32,000 bases of DNA, taken from Chlamydiales bacterium (GTDB taxonomy: Bacteria > Chlamydiota > Chlamydiia > Chlamydiales > JAAKFR01). Shown here one piece after another: positions 1 through 8,126 of the stretch. Each line of letters opens with the position of its first letter. The first letter of the stretch is position 1. Location of the stretch: contig JAWLBH010000001.1 of assembly GCA_041395025.1 (NCBI GenBank), positions 930,001-962,000 of the forward strand. The letters are read 5' to 3'. The notes beneath the pieces were generated by a model. That model was not told the origin of the DNA and searched no databases. It saw only the letters and a program-made list of their open reading frames with translations. Position numbers and translations under genes: made by a program.

Positions 1-50
1 ATCGAAATCTCTCTCTATTTTTAAGTGTCACGGATATTTAGGAGGAGCTC

Positions 51-746
51 CTATAGATCAATACGGTTACTAACTTGCCGATGTGGTCGTTTCAAAATGT
101 TCAGAATCGAGCTTTTGGAAACAATGTCTGGACTAAATATTTTCATGAAATGCTCAGATAAAGCTTCAATAAATTGAGCCTTTTTCGGGAAATAAGGACG
201 TAGATTACAAAGAAAATCTGTGTGCGAGCGATTATTTCGGTATTTTGGACATTTATTGGGTAGAAGAAGATAGTTGATTTTTTCTATTTGATAGTCCCAT
301 AAAAATGAGGTGTGATGCAACCATCGCCCCTTTTGAATGTATTGTGCATTTCCACCGAATTTTCTGTTACCTATAATGTAATCGTTTTCCTGCAAGCTAA
401 AATTTTTAAAAAGAGGAGAGTAAATTTTTTCTGACCACTCTAAGATAGCTTTGGGTTGTGCCAGAACACCTATCTCTTCAACATTACAGATAAAAGTCGT
501 AAATACTGTGTCGCAATCTATATATACAGTTCCTCCTCCACTAAACCGTTTAATGATTGGAATCTGATCATTCTCTATTTTTTCTAGATTGATGACTAGA
601 TGAGGTTTTCCTGAAATTCCCATGACAATGGCTGGAGGGGATCCAGTATTGATCAAACACCAGTTTTGATGATCACTACGTAAAAGCGCTTCTTCAATCC
701 ATAGTTGTTCAAGAATGGGAATATGGTTAAGCTGGACGATTTTCAT
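51..746 (-). CDS. lplA: Lipoate-protein ligase A family protein (BPL/LplA/LipB catalytic domain)
   Basis: 231-aa ORF with ATG at 746. The core contains [12 protein letters not shown], which matches the lipoyl-AMP-binding R-x-x-GGG-x-V-[FY]-x-D motif. It overlaps the mnmG 3' end by 20 nt. Confidence 0.8.
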   Translation of the reverse strand: MKIVQLNHIPILEQLWIEEALLRSDHQNWCLINTGSPPAIVMGISGKPHLVINLEKIENDQIPIIKRFSGGGTVYIDCDTVFTTFICNVEEIGVLAQPKAILEWSEKIYSPLFKNFSLQENDYIIGNRKFGGNAQYIQKGRWLHHTSFLWDYQIEKINYLLLPNKCPKYRNNRSHTDFLCNLRPYFPKKAQFIEALSEHFMKIFSPDIVSKSSILNILKRPHRQVSNRIDL

Positions 747-2556
747 GTCTCAGGGCAATCATTAAGACTTGAATATCCGCTGGGGAGACTCCTGAAATGC
801 GGGAAGCTTGACCCACCATTTGGGGGGTAAAAAGCGAAAGCTGTTCTTTTGCTTCATTGCGCATTCCATGGATTTTTTTATAATTAAAATTAGAGGGAAT
901 TTTCATATTTTCGAATTGAATAGAACGTGCGATATCTTGATTTTGTCGATCAATATAACCTGCATATTTGAGGGCAACTTCAATCTGAAAGTTAATTTCC
1001 ACACCGTAATCTTCTATTTCTGAGTATTCATCCATAAGAGAGACATAAGTATTTTCAGAACGGCAAAGTAGCTGAGCTATTGAAAGCCCTTTTCCTTTGA
1101 CTTGTTTATAGATCGTTTTTAACCGTTGAATTTCATTCACAATTAATGCTCTTTTATTTTCTATTTCACGATAGCGAGTACGATTAATCAGCCCGAATTC
1201 ATGGGCATAATGGGAGAGACGTAAATCGGCGTTATCTTGTCTTAATAAAAGACGGTGTTCAGCACGAGAGGTGAATATTCTATAGGGTTCTCGAAGAGAT
1301 TTTGTTGTTAGATCATCTATCATCACACCGATATAAGCTTCGTTACGACTAAGGATAAAAGGTGGCTTGTTCAGAATTTTTCTAGCAGCATTGATTCCAG
1401 CAATTAAGCCTTGCGCTGCTGCTTCTTCGTAACCTGTCGTTCCATTAATTTGGCCAGCTAAATAAAGACCTTTAATGAGTTTTGTCTCAAGTGTTGACTG
1501 AATTTGCCCACTCAAGACAAAATCATATTCGATAGCATAGGCAGGACGCATAATCTGTGCATTTTGTAACCCCGGAATTGTTTGGATCATTGCTATTTGG
1601 ACATCAAGAGGTAAAGACGAGGAAATTCCATTCACATAAATCTCTTCAGTGTTTAATCCTTCCGGTTCAAGAAAGATTTGATGTCGTTTTTTATCAGCAA
1701 ATCTAATCACTTTATCTTCAATTGAAGGACAATAACGAGGACCAATCCCTTGGATTTTACCTGAATAGAGGGGAGAGCGGTGGATATTCGCTTCGACAGT
1801 CGCTTTTGTTTCCTCAGATGTATAAGTAATCCAACAGGGAGTCTGTGGCAAGCGTTCTAAGGACTTCTCACTATATGAGAAATACACGTTTTCTTCAGTA
1901 GGTTGTTCTTCAGTTTGTAAGAAGTCAATCGTGCGTTTATTAATTCTTGGAGGAGTCCCTGTTTTCAGACGACCGAGTTTGAAACCATATTGTTCAAGGC
2001 AAAGAGAGAGGCCAACTGATGGTTTATCACCTGCGCGTCCTCCAGAAAAGTGAGTTTCTCCCATATGAAGGAGTCCTCGCATGAATGTTCCGGATGAAAG
2101 AATGACTGCTTTGCCGTGGTAAGTGATCTCTTCTTTTGTAAAGACAGCTGTAATCTGGTCATTTTTGACTTGAAAACCTTCAACTGTACCTTGAAAAATA
2201 TGAAGATTTGGCTCTTTTTCTAAACGGTGTTTCATTTCAGTCTGATAGGCAATTTTATCAACTTGGGCACGGGGAGCCCATACCGCAGGTCCTTTACTTG
2301 CATTTAGCATTCGAAATTGAATTCCTGATCGATCAGTCACCTTACCCATCTCACCACCTAATGCATCAATCTCTCGTACTAAATGTCCCTTGCCAATTCC
2401 CCCAATCGCGGGATTGCAGCTCATCTTTGCAATTGTATCGAGATTCATTGTTAAAAGTAGAGTACGAAGACCTAAACGAGAAGTGACGAAAGCAGCTTCA
2501 CAGCCAGCATGCCCCCCTCCCACTACAATGACTTCAAAATCAACAGGAAAATCCAT
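727..2556 (-). CDS. mnmG: tRNA uridine-5-carboxymethylaminomethyl modification enzyme MnmG (GidA)
   Basis: 609 aa with FAD-binding N-terminus [14 protein letters not shown] and GidA signature stretches ([28 protein letters not shown]). The ATG lies 5 nt after the stop of the micro-ORF, with no Shine-Dalgarno of its own. Confidence 0.97.
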   Translation of the reverse strand: MDFPVDFEVIVVGGGHAGCEAAFVTSRLGLRTLLLTMNLDTIAKMSCNPAIGGIGKGHLVREIDALGGEMGKVTDRSGIQFRMLNASKGPAVWAPRAQVDKIAYQTEMKHRLEKEPNLHIFQGTVEGFQVKNDQITAVFTKEEITYHGKAVILSSGTFMRGLLHMGETHFSGGRAGDKPSVGLSLCLEQYGFKLGRLKTGTPPRINKRTIDFLQTEEQPTEENVYFSYSEKSLERLPQTPCWITYTSEETKATVEANIHRSPLYSGKIQGIGPRYCPSIEDKVIRFADKKRHQIFLEPEGLNTEEIYVNGISSSLPLDVQIAMIQTIPGLQNAQIMRPAYAIEYDFVLSGQIQSTLETKLIKGLYLAGQINGTTGYEEAAAQGLIAGINAARKILNKPPFILSRNEAYIGVMIDDLTTKSLREPYRIFTSRAEHRLLLRQDNADLRLSHYAHEFGLINRTRYREIENKRALIVNEIQRLKTIYKQVKGKGLSIAQLLCRSENTYVSLMDEYSEIEDYGVEINFQIEVALKYAGYIDRQNQDIARSIQFENMKIPSNFNYKKIHGMRNEAKEQLSLFTPQMVGQASRISGVSPADIQVLMIALRHENRPA

Positions 2557-2561
2557 AAAAA

Positions 2562-2651
2562 TTATTTACTTTTGTGACGATCACGACGACGACGTTTTTT
2601 TCTTTTATGCTTAGCAATTTTACATTTTCTTTTTTTCTTAACAGACGACAT
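2562..2651 (-). CDS. Un-called 29-codon Lys/Arg-rich small protein, bS22 / AURKAIP1-COX24-like (putative small ribosomal protein)
   Basis: Hand translation of the minus strand from ATG 2651-2649 to TAA 2564-2562 gives [34 protein letters not shown] sits 4 nt upstream (TTAGGTGTATAATG). The ORF is on the same strand as dnaB and mnmG and is below the size cut-off of the ORF track. Confidence 0.55.
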   Translation of the reverse strand: MSSVKKKRKCKIAKHKRKKRRRRDRHKSK

Positions 2652-2698
2652 TATACACCTAAGGATTTATGATAAATTCCTAGAAGTTTAATCGATTT

Positions 2699-4114
2699 TT
2701 AGATATTTGCAAAGGAGTCTTCAAAGCTTTCGATCTGCACCGATGTATAATTACGAAATTGGGCAATCTCTTTGACAAAAGAGAAAGAGAGATTTCCTAC
2801 TCTTCCATGGCGATTTTTTGCAATAATTAGCTCAGCCATTCCAGGTTTATCATTCGGATCATAGTATTCACGGCGTAGTAGAAGCATCACGATGTCTGAG
2901 TCCTGTTCAATTGATCCAGACTCTCTTAGATCGCTCATCATAGGACGATGACCGGCTCGATCTTCAACTTTTCTCGAGAGTTGAGACATGCATAGGATGG
3001 GAATATTTAATTCTCTAGCAAGAGTTTTTAACATTCGGGAAATTTCTGAAATTTCGTTTTGCCGATTTTCCATGGTGCGAGATGATCCTGATCCAACAAT
3101 TAGCTGGAGATAGTCAATGACCAAAAAACGGATTCCATAACTTTCTTTGAGTCTTCGTGCCCGAGCTCGTAGGTCAGTAATTTTTAGTCCTGGTTGATCA
3201 TCAATCACCATAGTATGTTTTTGCATCTCACCAACAGCAGCAACGATGCGCTGAAATTCCATACCACTTAAGGATCCAGTATGAATTTTTTCACTCTCTA
3301 CCTCAGCTTGAGAACAGATCATCCTTAACATAAGCTGTTCAGCAGTCATTTCGAGAGAAAAAATGCCTACAGGCATTTTATTCTTAAAACAAATATTTTC
3401 TGCAATATTTAGAGCCAGAGCAGTTTTTCCCATAGCTGGTCTACCCGCTAAGATCATAAGATTGGATGGATTAAATCCATCAATTAATTTGTCTAGATCA
3501 ATGTAATGAGTAGGGATGCCTGTGATTTTTGGTTCATCTGGTCCTTTTAACCGACAAGCTTCTTGTCTTTCTTGCAACTCTTTAAGGAAAGGAGTTTGTG
3601 AAGAGGTGTTTAAGCCATTGAGTAAATCGGAAATTAACAGACCAGGATGATGACTCGTTGTTTGACTAATTTTAAAGAAAAGAGATTGGGCATCATCAAG
3701 AGCTCCATAAACATCTTTTGGTTCTTTTAAAGCATCTTTTTCAACCAGTTGTGCTGCTTGAACCATCTTACGTAAAATCGATTTTGACTTAACAATTTCA
3801 ATATACTCTTCAATATAAGCAGATGTTCCAGCATATTGAGCTAAGGTGATTAAGTAGCTAGCTCCTCCAATAGCCTCAAGTTTTTTTAGCCTTTTTAATT
3901 CCTCGGATACGAGATGTACATCAGCTGGCTTATCTTGGCGATAGGCTCCTACTAATACGCGAAAAATGATTTGATGTTCAGTAAAGTAAAAATCGTCTTC
4001 ATGGAGGACATCTGCAGCAATATTCATGCTGTTAATGCTCGACAACATACAGCCTAGTACCATCATTTCTGATTCTTTGGAATAGGGAGTCGCTCTGATT
4101 TTTTTCTCTTGCAT
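2699..4114 (-). CDS. dnaB: Replicative DNA helicase DnaB
   Basis: 471 aa with a DnaB N-terminal domain and a RecA-like C-terminal domain. Walker A is GRPAMGKTALALN and Walker B is FLVIDYLQL. No intein insertion. Confidence 0.97.
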   Translation of the reverse strand: MQEKKIRATPYSKESEMMVLGCMLSSINSMNIAADVLHEDDFYFTEHQIIFRVLVGAYRQDKPADVHLVSEELKRLKKLEAIGGASYLITLAQYAGTSAYIEEYIEIVKSKSILRKMVQAAQLVEKDALKEPKDVYGALDDAQSLFFKISQTTSHHPGLLISDLLNGLNTSSQTPFLKELQERQEACRLKGPDEPKITGIPTHYIDLDKLIDGFNPSNLMILAGRPAMGKTALALNIAENICFKNKMPVGIFSLEMTAEQLMLRMICSQAEVESEKIHTGSLSGMEFQRIVAAVGEMQKHTMVIDDQPGLKITDLRARARRLKESYGIRFLVIDYLQLIVGSGSSRTMENRQNEISEISRMLKTLARELNIPILCMSQLSRKVEDRAGHRPMMSDLRESGSIEQDSDIVMLLLRREYYDPNDKPGMAELIIAKNRHGRVGNLSFSFVKEIAQFRNYTSVQIESFEDSFANI

Positions 4115-4133
4115 ACTAGCGACAATACCTAAC

Positions 4134-4162
4134 TTGAGATAAAAGATCTAGACCTCTAATAT
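4134..4162 (+). promoter_or_regulatory. Candidate sigma-70/66-type promoter for tRNA-Ser
   Basis: TTGAGA (4134-4139), a 17-nt spacer, then TAATAT (4157-4162), ending 23 nt upstream of the mature tRNA 5' end. Based on a consensus match only. Confidence 0.4.
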
Positions 4163-4185
4163 GACTGAATCACTATTCCAAATCT

Positions 4186-4272
4186 GGAAAGATGGCTGAG
4201 AGGCCGAAAGCACGTCCCTGCTAAGGACGCATACTCGTAAGGGTATCGAGGGTTCGAATCCCTCTCTTTCCG
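4186..4272 (+). tRNA. tRNA-Ser (anticodon GCU), class II with long variable arm, no encoded CCA
   Basis: Cloverleaf folded by hand. Acceptor GGAAAGA/TCTTTCC, D stem GCT/AGC, anticodon stem CGTCC/GGACG with loop CTGCTAA, variable arm with ATAC/GTAT stem, T arm GAGGG-TTCGAAT-CCCTC, discriminator G. Confidence 0.93.
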
Positions 4273-4277
4273 AAAAC

Positions 4278-4305
4278 AGGGAGCCTATCTGGCTCCCTAT
4301 CTTTT
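4278..4305 (+). terminator. Intrinsic terminator downstream of tRNA-Ser
   Basis: 8-bp GC-rich stem AGGGAGCC / GGCTCCCT with loop TATCT, followed by ATCTTTT. This is the only clearly GC-rich hairpin plus T-tract I found in the window. Confidence 0.55.
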
Positions 4306-4452
4306 AAGCCTATTACATTCAATCTCTTAAAGACAATAAAAAGATCTTATTTATTCAAAGAAACAATCTTTATATAAATTTAAAATTATATATTAATAAT
4401 ATAATAAAAAAGGTTTTTTTGTTATTATTAAATAAATAACAAAAAATTTTTT

Positions 4453-5832
4453 ATGACAATAAGAGAAAATAATTCTTTTTACAAACATAGATATGAGCAT
4501 CGATTGACTGATCGCATTCCTATTGTGAGTACTTTTATTCATGGAGCAAAATTATTCAAAAAATATGGATATCGACACAGCCTGAAAAAAGAAAATCTAG
4601 ATGATACTCATATTTACACTCAATTAGATGCGAAAGAGGCAAAAAGGTCAGTGATGCTATTATTCCCTTTTGTAGGGAATATGATAGTTGCTATTTTTGA
4701 TTTTAAAGAATATCTGATGAAAAAATCTATCATTGATGATCTTAAACAAGAAAGTGAGGAAAAATTAAGTCAAGCAAGCTTGTCTCTCAGGCAAGATCCC
4801 AAATTCATGCTAGAAGTGGCTAAGACAAATTTAAAAGGATTAGTTTATGCTGATTCTAACCTCAAAAATGATTCTGCTTTTGTATTGGAATTGTTGAAAA
4901 AATGTGGGATTATTTCATTAAGTCATCTAAATTTTTATTTAGAAGTAAAAATATCTAATTTAAATTTAATCTATAGAAGGAGCGCTCATGAATTATTTCA
5001 TGAGTTCTCAGATTTACAGAAAAATTCTGATTTTATGTTAGAAGCACTTAAATTAGTAGGTCGAGATGTCTTGATGTATGCACACCCTTCTTTACTAGAA
5101 GATCCCCAATTTATGCTAAGAGCTGTTACCATCCATCCTTCTGCACTAGCTTATGCAGATTCTTCTTTAGCGAACGATGCAGATTTTATGATAAAAGTTG
5201 GAAAGATTAATCTTGATGGACTGGGGTATATAGATTCTCATCTTAAGAAAGATAAGAATTTCATGCTAAGAGCTGCTCAGGAAATAAATATAGAGGCACT
5301 AACTTATGCAGATTCTTCTTTAGCGAACGATGCAGATTTTATGATAAAAGTTGGAAAGATTAATCTTGATGGACTAGATTATGCAGCTTCTCATCTCAAG
5401 CAAGACGCAGATTTTATGCTAAAGACTGGTAAGGAAATAGGTATAGAGACCTTGGCTTATGCTGATATTGATCTGAAGAATGACCCTGAGTTTATGCTAA
5501 CCTCTATCAAGGAGCTAGGAGTAGGTGTATTAGCTTATGCAAATCTAGAGCTAAAGAACGATCTTGATTTTATGTTAGATGCGATTGATAACATTGGGAT
5601 AGAGGTAATACCTTATCTTGGTTCGTTGTTAAAAGAAGATTCTGATTTTATGTTAGATGCGATTGATCTCAATCCTCTTGCCCTTCTGTATTTTAGGGAT
5701 GTAGATGATTCTGAATTTCAATATAGATTATTACATGAATTAATTCCCCATTCAGCTTTTCAGGCAAAGCTTAATCAATCCATCGCAGATAATCCAGATG
5801 TGGCTAAGCAATTGGAAAATTATTTGAATTAA
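4453..5832 (+). CDS. Tandem-repeat protein with about 11 DUF4116-like 25-26-aa repeats, function unknown
   Basis: 459-aa ORF with a repeating pattern x-L-x-Y-A-[DN]-x-x-L-K-x-D-x-x-F-M-L (for example ALAYADSSLANDADFMIKVGKINLDGLGYIDSHLKKDKNFMLRAAQEINIEALTYAD). The N-terminal ~100 aa are non-repetitive and include the hydrophobic stretch VMLLFPFVGNMIVAIFDF. The gene follows a 147-bp almost pure A/T spacer. Confidence 0.85.
   Translation: MTIRENNSFYKHRYEHRLTDRIPIVSTFIHGAKLFKKYGYRHSLKKENLDDTHIYTQLDAKEAKRSVMLLFPFVGNMIVAIFDFKEYLMKKSIIDDLKQESEEKLSQASLSLRQDPKFMLEVAKTNLKGLVYADSNLKNDSAFVLELLKKCGIISLSHLNFYLEVKISNLNLIYRRSAHELFHEFSDLQKNSDFMLEALKLVGRDVLMYAHPSLLEDPQFMLRAVTIHPSALAYADSSLANDADFMIKVGKINLDGLGYIDSHLKKDKNFMLRAAQEINIEALTYADSSLANDADFMIKVGKINLDGLDYAASHLKQDADFMLKTGKEIGIETLAYADIDLKNDPEFMLTSIKELGVGVLAYANLELKNDLDFMLDAIDNIGIEVIPYLGSLLKEDSDFMLDAIDLNPLALLYFRDVDDSEFQYRLLHELIPHSAFQAKLNQSIADNPDVAKQLENYLN
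5150..5222. repeat. Copy 1 of a perfect 73-bp intragenic direct repeat
   Basis: cttatgcagattcttctttagcgaacgatgcagattttatgataaaagttggaaagattaatcttgatggact is identical to 5303-5375. The offset is 153 bp (51 codons). The match extends 7 nt upstream with one mismatch. Confidence 0.95.
5303..5375. repeat. Copy 2 of a perfect 73-bp intragenic direct repeat
   Basis: Identical to 5150-5222 by letter-by-letter comparison. The following ~80 bp of each 153-bp unit are clearly diverged. Confidence 0.95.
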
Positions 5833-6047
5833 CCAATTACTTACCTAATCTCCAAGGCTAAAAAGCATCTTTTAAAGATTGAATAACCATTTTAAACATC
5901 AACAGAATTCCATTCCATTTATCATCTAATGATTGGGTAGTTAAGGTTTTCAGTTGTTAGTTCAATTCAATCAAAGAGTTACGATTTTCATCTTCTTAAT
6001 TAGGGAGTTTCGATAATCTAAACAGAAAATTCACATTATCGAGTTTC

Positions 6048-7415
6048 CTAGTCTTTAAAAGAGAGCAGAAATTCTGCATTACTATTTGTTTTTCTAAGTC
6101 TTCCAATTAAAAGATTCATTGCATCGAGAGGAGTTAAGTCAGCAAGTGCTCCTCTTAACGAAAAGACTTTTTCTAGCTCAGATGGATGGTAGAGAAGCTC
6201 TTCTTTTCTCGTTCCACTTTTAATGAGGTCAATCGCAGGATAGACACGACGATCAGCTAAGCGTCGATCAAGAACAAGTTCCATGTTTCCTGTCCCCTTA
6301 AATTCTTCAAAGATCACCTCATCCATTCGTGAGCCTGTCTCAATAAGCGCTGTAGCAAGAATAGTTAAGGAGCCTCCTCCTTCGATATTACGAGCTGCAC
6401 CAAAGAAACGTTTCGGTTTGTGTAAAGAGCTTGCGTCCACCCCTCCTGTCAAAATTTTCCCAGAATGAGGTTGAACAGTATTATAAGCGCGTGCTAGCCG
6501 AGTAATTGAGTCGAGAAGAATGACAACATCATGACCATGTTCAACAAGGCGACGTGCTTTCTCAATGACCATTTCAGCAACTTGAATATGTCGTTCTGGT
6601 TGTTCATCAAAGGTAGAAGCTACAACTTCTCCATTGACCATACGTGACATATCTGTCACTTCTTCAGGACGCTCATCGATCAGTAGTACAATCAAATTGA
6701 CTTCTGGATGATTAATTGCAATGGCATGAGCAATACTTTGCAAGATCATCGTTTTCCCAGAGCGAGGGGGAGCCACAATCAATCCACGCTGACCTTTACC
6801 TATAGGAGCAATCAGATCAAGAACTCGTTCAGAAAGACGTTCCTTTGTCGTTTCCATCACAATACGTTGATTAGGATAGAGAGGTGTGAGATTTTCAAAG
6901 AGCACGCGTTCTTTAGCTTTATCCGAAGTCGAGCCATTGACTGTTTCTACTTTCAAGAGAGCAAAATACTTTTCTTTTTCTTTAGGAGAGCGAATGGTCC
7001 CAATGACAGTATCTCCTTTTTTAAGATCAAAACGGCGAATTTGTGCAGGAGAGACATAAATATCTTCAGCAGAAGGACAATAGTTATAAGTTGGTGAGCG
7101 TAGGAATCCAAAACCATCAGGTAGAACTTCCAGGACACCTTCTCCAATGAGCATTTCATCTGGTCTTGTAGACTTAATCTTAACAATTTCAAAGACCATC
7201 TGGGACTTTGTTAATGAAGCCATATTCTTAATTCCATAATGACGAGCTTGATTATTTAGCTCTTCAATATCCATTTGTTGTAATTCAGAAATTTTCGTTA
7301 CAGTAAGAGGAGTTTCAGGCTGTATCCGAGGTTCTTTTAGTTCTTCAGAGACTATTTTATCGGGAGGGGTAAGAGTAGAACGTTGCTTATCGTCATTTGA
7401 ATTTTTTTGATTCAT
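6048..7415 (-). CDS. rho: Transcription termination factor Rho
   Basis: 455 aa with an RNA-binding domain ([10 protein letters not shown]), Walker A PPRSGKT, and a conserved C-terminal region ([39 protein letters not shown]). It has a ~40-aa hydrophilic N-terminal extension, and GGAG lies 8 nt upstream of the ATG. Confidence 0.97.
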   Translation of the reverse strand: MNQKNSNDDKQRSTLTPPDKIVSEELKEPRIQPETPLTVTKISELQQMDIEELNNQARHYGIKNMASLTKSQMVFEIVKIKSTRPDEMLIGEGVLEVLPDGFGFLRSPTYNYCPSAEDIYVSPAQIRRFDLKKGDTVIGTIRSPKEKEKYFALLKVETVNGSTSDKAKERVLFENLTPLYPNQRIVMETTKERLSERVLDLIAPIGKGQRGLIVAPPRSGKTMILQSIAHAIAINHPEVNLIVLLIDERPEEVTDMSRMVNGEVVASTFDEQPERHIQVAEMVIEKARRLVEHGHDVVILLDSITRLARAYNTVQPHSGKILTGGVDASSLHKPKRFFGAARNIEGGGSLTILATALIETGSRMDEVIFEEFKGTGNMELVLDRRLADRRVYPAIDLIKSGTRKEELLYHPSELEKVFSLRGALADLTPLDAMNLLIGRLRKTNSNAEFLLSFKD

Positions 7416-7523
7416 ACAAAGACTCCAAAATTTTCTTGTGTTTTAGGTAAAAGGAAAATGTTTATATTAATTTTAACTGGACAAATAATAATTAAATTTA
7501 GATTGATTAATTTAATAAAATCT

Positions 7524-8126
7524 CTACTCTTCTTTTAAATCTTTAAAGAGTTTTTTTGCTAAAAAATACAAATCCGATCGACTACCGAAATTCTCTACAA
7601 CAAAGTTCGCTTGTTTGCATTTTTGTGCTATTGGTATTAAACGTTTATCTCTTCTTTCAAATTCTGCTATATCATAGGGTGTTGATATTAAAAATCTGCG
7701 CTGACTCACTTCTCTGTTGCCAATGACAACGATGATTACATCGTATAATTCCTGTTGATTACTTTCAAAAAGAAGAGGGTTTTCAACGATAAAAAGAGGA
7801 CATGAGGTTTGTGAAACTTTTTGGTATTTAGTTTCTATTACTTCTTGGACTGCTGGATGTATCGCTTTTTCTACTTTCTCTAATAAAGGTAAATCACGAA
7901 ATACCCTAGAGGCAATCTCCTTTCGATTTAAATCATTTCCATCAACAATTTCAGTCCCTAAGAGATCAATAACTTTTCTTCCTACAGGCGTTGTAGGTTT
8001 AAGAAGCTTATGCACTATCGCATCTGAATTGATGAAACAAGCGCCAAGCTCTTCAAAAAAAAGGCCGAGAGTCGTTTTGCCTGAGCAGATAGAGCCTGTT
8101 ACAGCAACTTTTTTCAATCTTAACAT
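7524..8126 (-). CDS. coaE: Dephospho-CoA kinase
   Basis: P-loop VAVTGSICSGKTT close to the N-terminus. The ORF track starts at TTG 8135; I prefer the first ATG at 8126 (MLRLKKVAVTG...). It overlaps the polA stop by 7 nt. Confidence 0.88.
   Translation of the reverse strand: MLRLKKVAVTGSICSGKTTLGLFFEELGACFINSDAIVHKLLKPTTPVGRKVIDLLGTEIVDGNDLNRKEIASRVFRDLPLLEKVEKAIHPAVQEVIETKYQKVSQTSCPLFIVENPLLFESNQQELYDVIIVVIGNREVSQRRFLISTPYDIAEFERRDKRLIPIAQKCKQANFVVENFGSRSDLYFLAKKLFKDLKEE

Noticed and set aside
43-52. 10-bp perfect palindrome AGGAGCTCCT overlapping the lplA stop codon.
   Set aside because: With no loop it cannot form a useful hairpin. It is a single occurrence at the window edge whose context is cut off.
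4306-4452. A 147-bp almost pure A/T tract near dnaB/mnmG, and the minus-to-plus strand switch at 27648-27843, considered as candidate oriC or DNA-unwinding elements.
   Set aside because: I saw no TTATCCACA-like DnaA boxes in either region by eye, and dnaA is not nearby. Plus-strand genes are interspersed elsewhere in the window. Testing this needs a genome-wide GC-skew and DnaA-box scan, which I cannot run.
6010-6042. Inverted repeat TCGATAAT/ATTATCGA just downstream of the rho stop, considered as an intrinsic terminator.
   Set aside because: The stem is 8 bp and AT-rich, the loop is 17 nt, and no T-tract follows on the minus strand. This is not convincing as a terminator.
4273-6047. Possible tRNA-Ser-targeted genomic island carrying the DUF4116-like gene.
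   Set aside because: There is no integrase or recombinase. I found no direct repeat of the tRNA 3' end downstream. The closest match is gggagtttcgataatc at 6003-6018 versus gagggttcgaatccctc, which is too degenerate. Base composition looks like the rest of the window. I kept only the weaker statement that this is a synteny junction.
6708-7097. 129-aa ORF antisense to rho. Other antisense or alternative-frame ORFs appear in the track, for example 808-1023, 2208-2486, 10068-10367 and 17168-17452.
   Set aside because: They lie entirely inside strongly conserved genes. Their translations are low-complexity or nonsense-like with no motifs, and they have no SD. They are best explained as chance open frames opposite constrained coding sequence.
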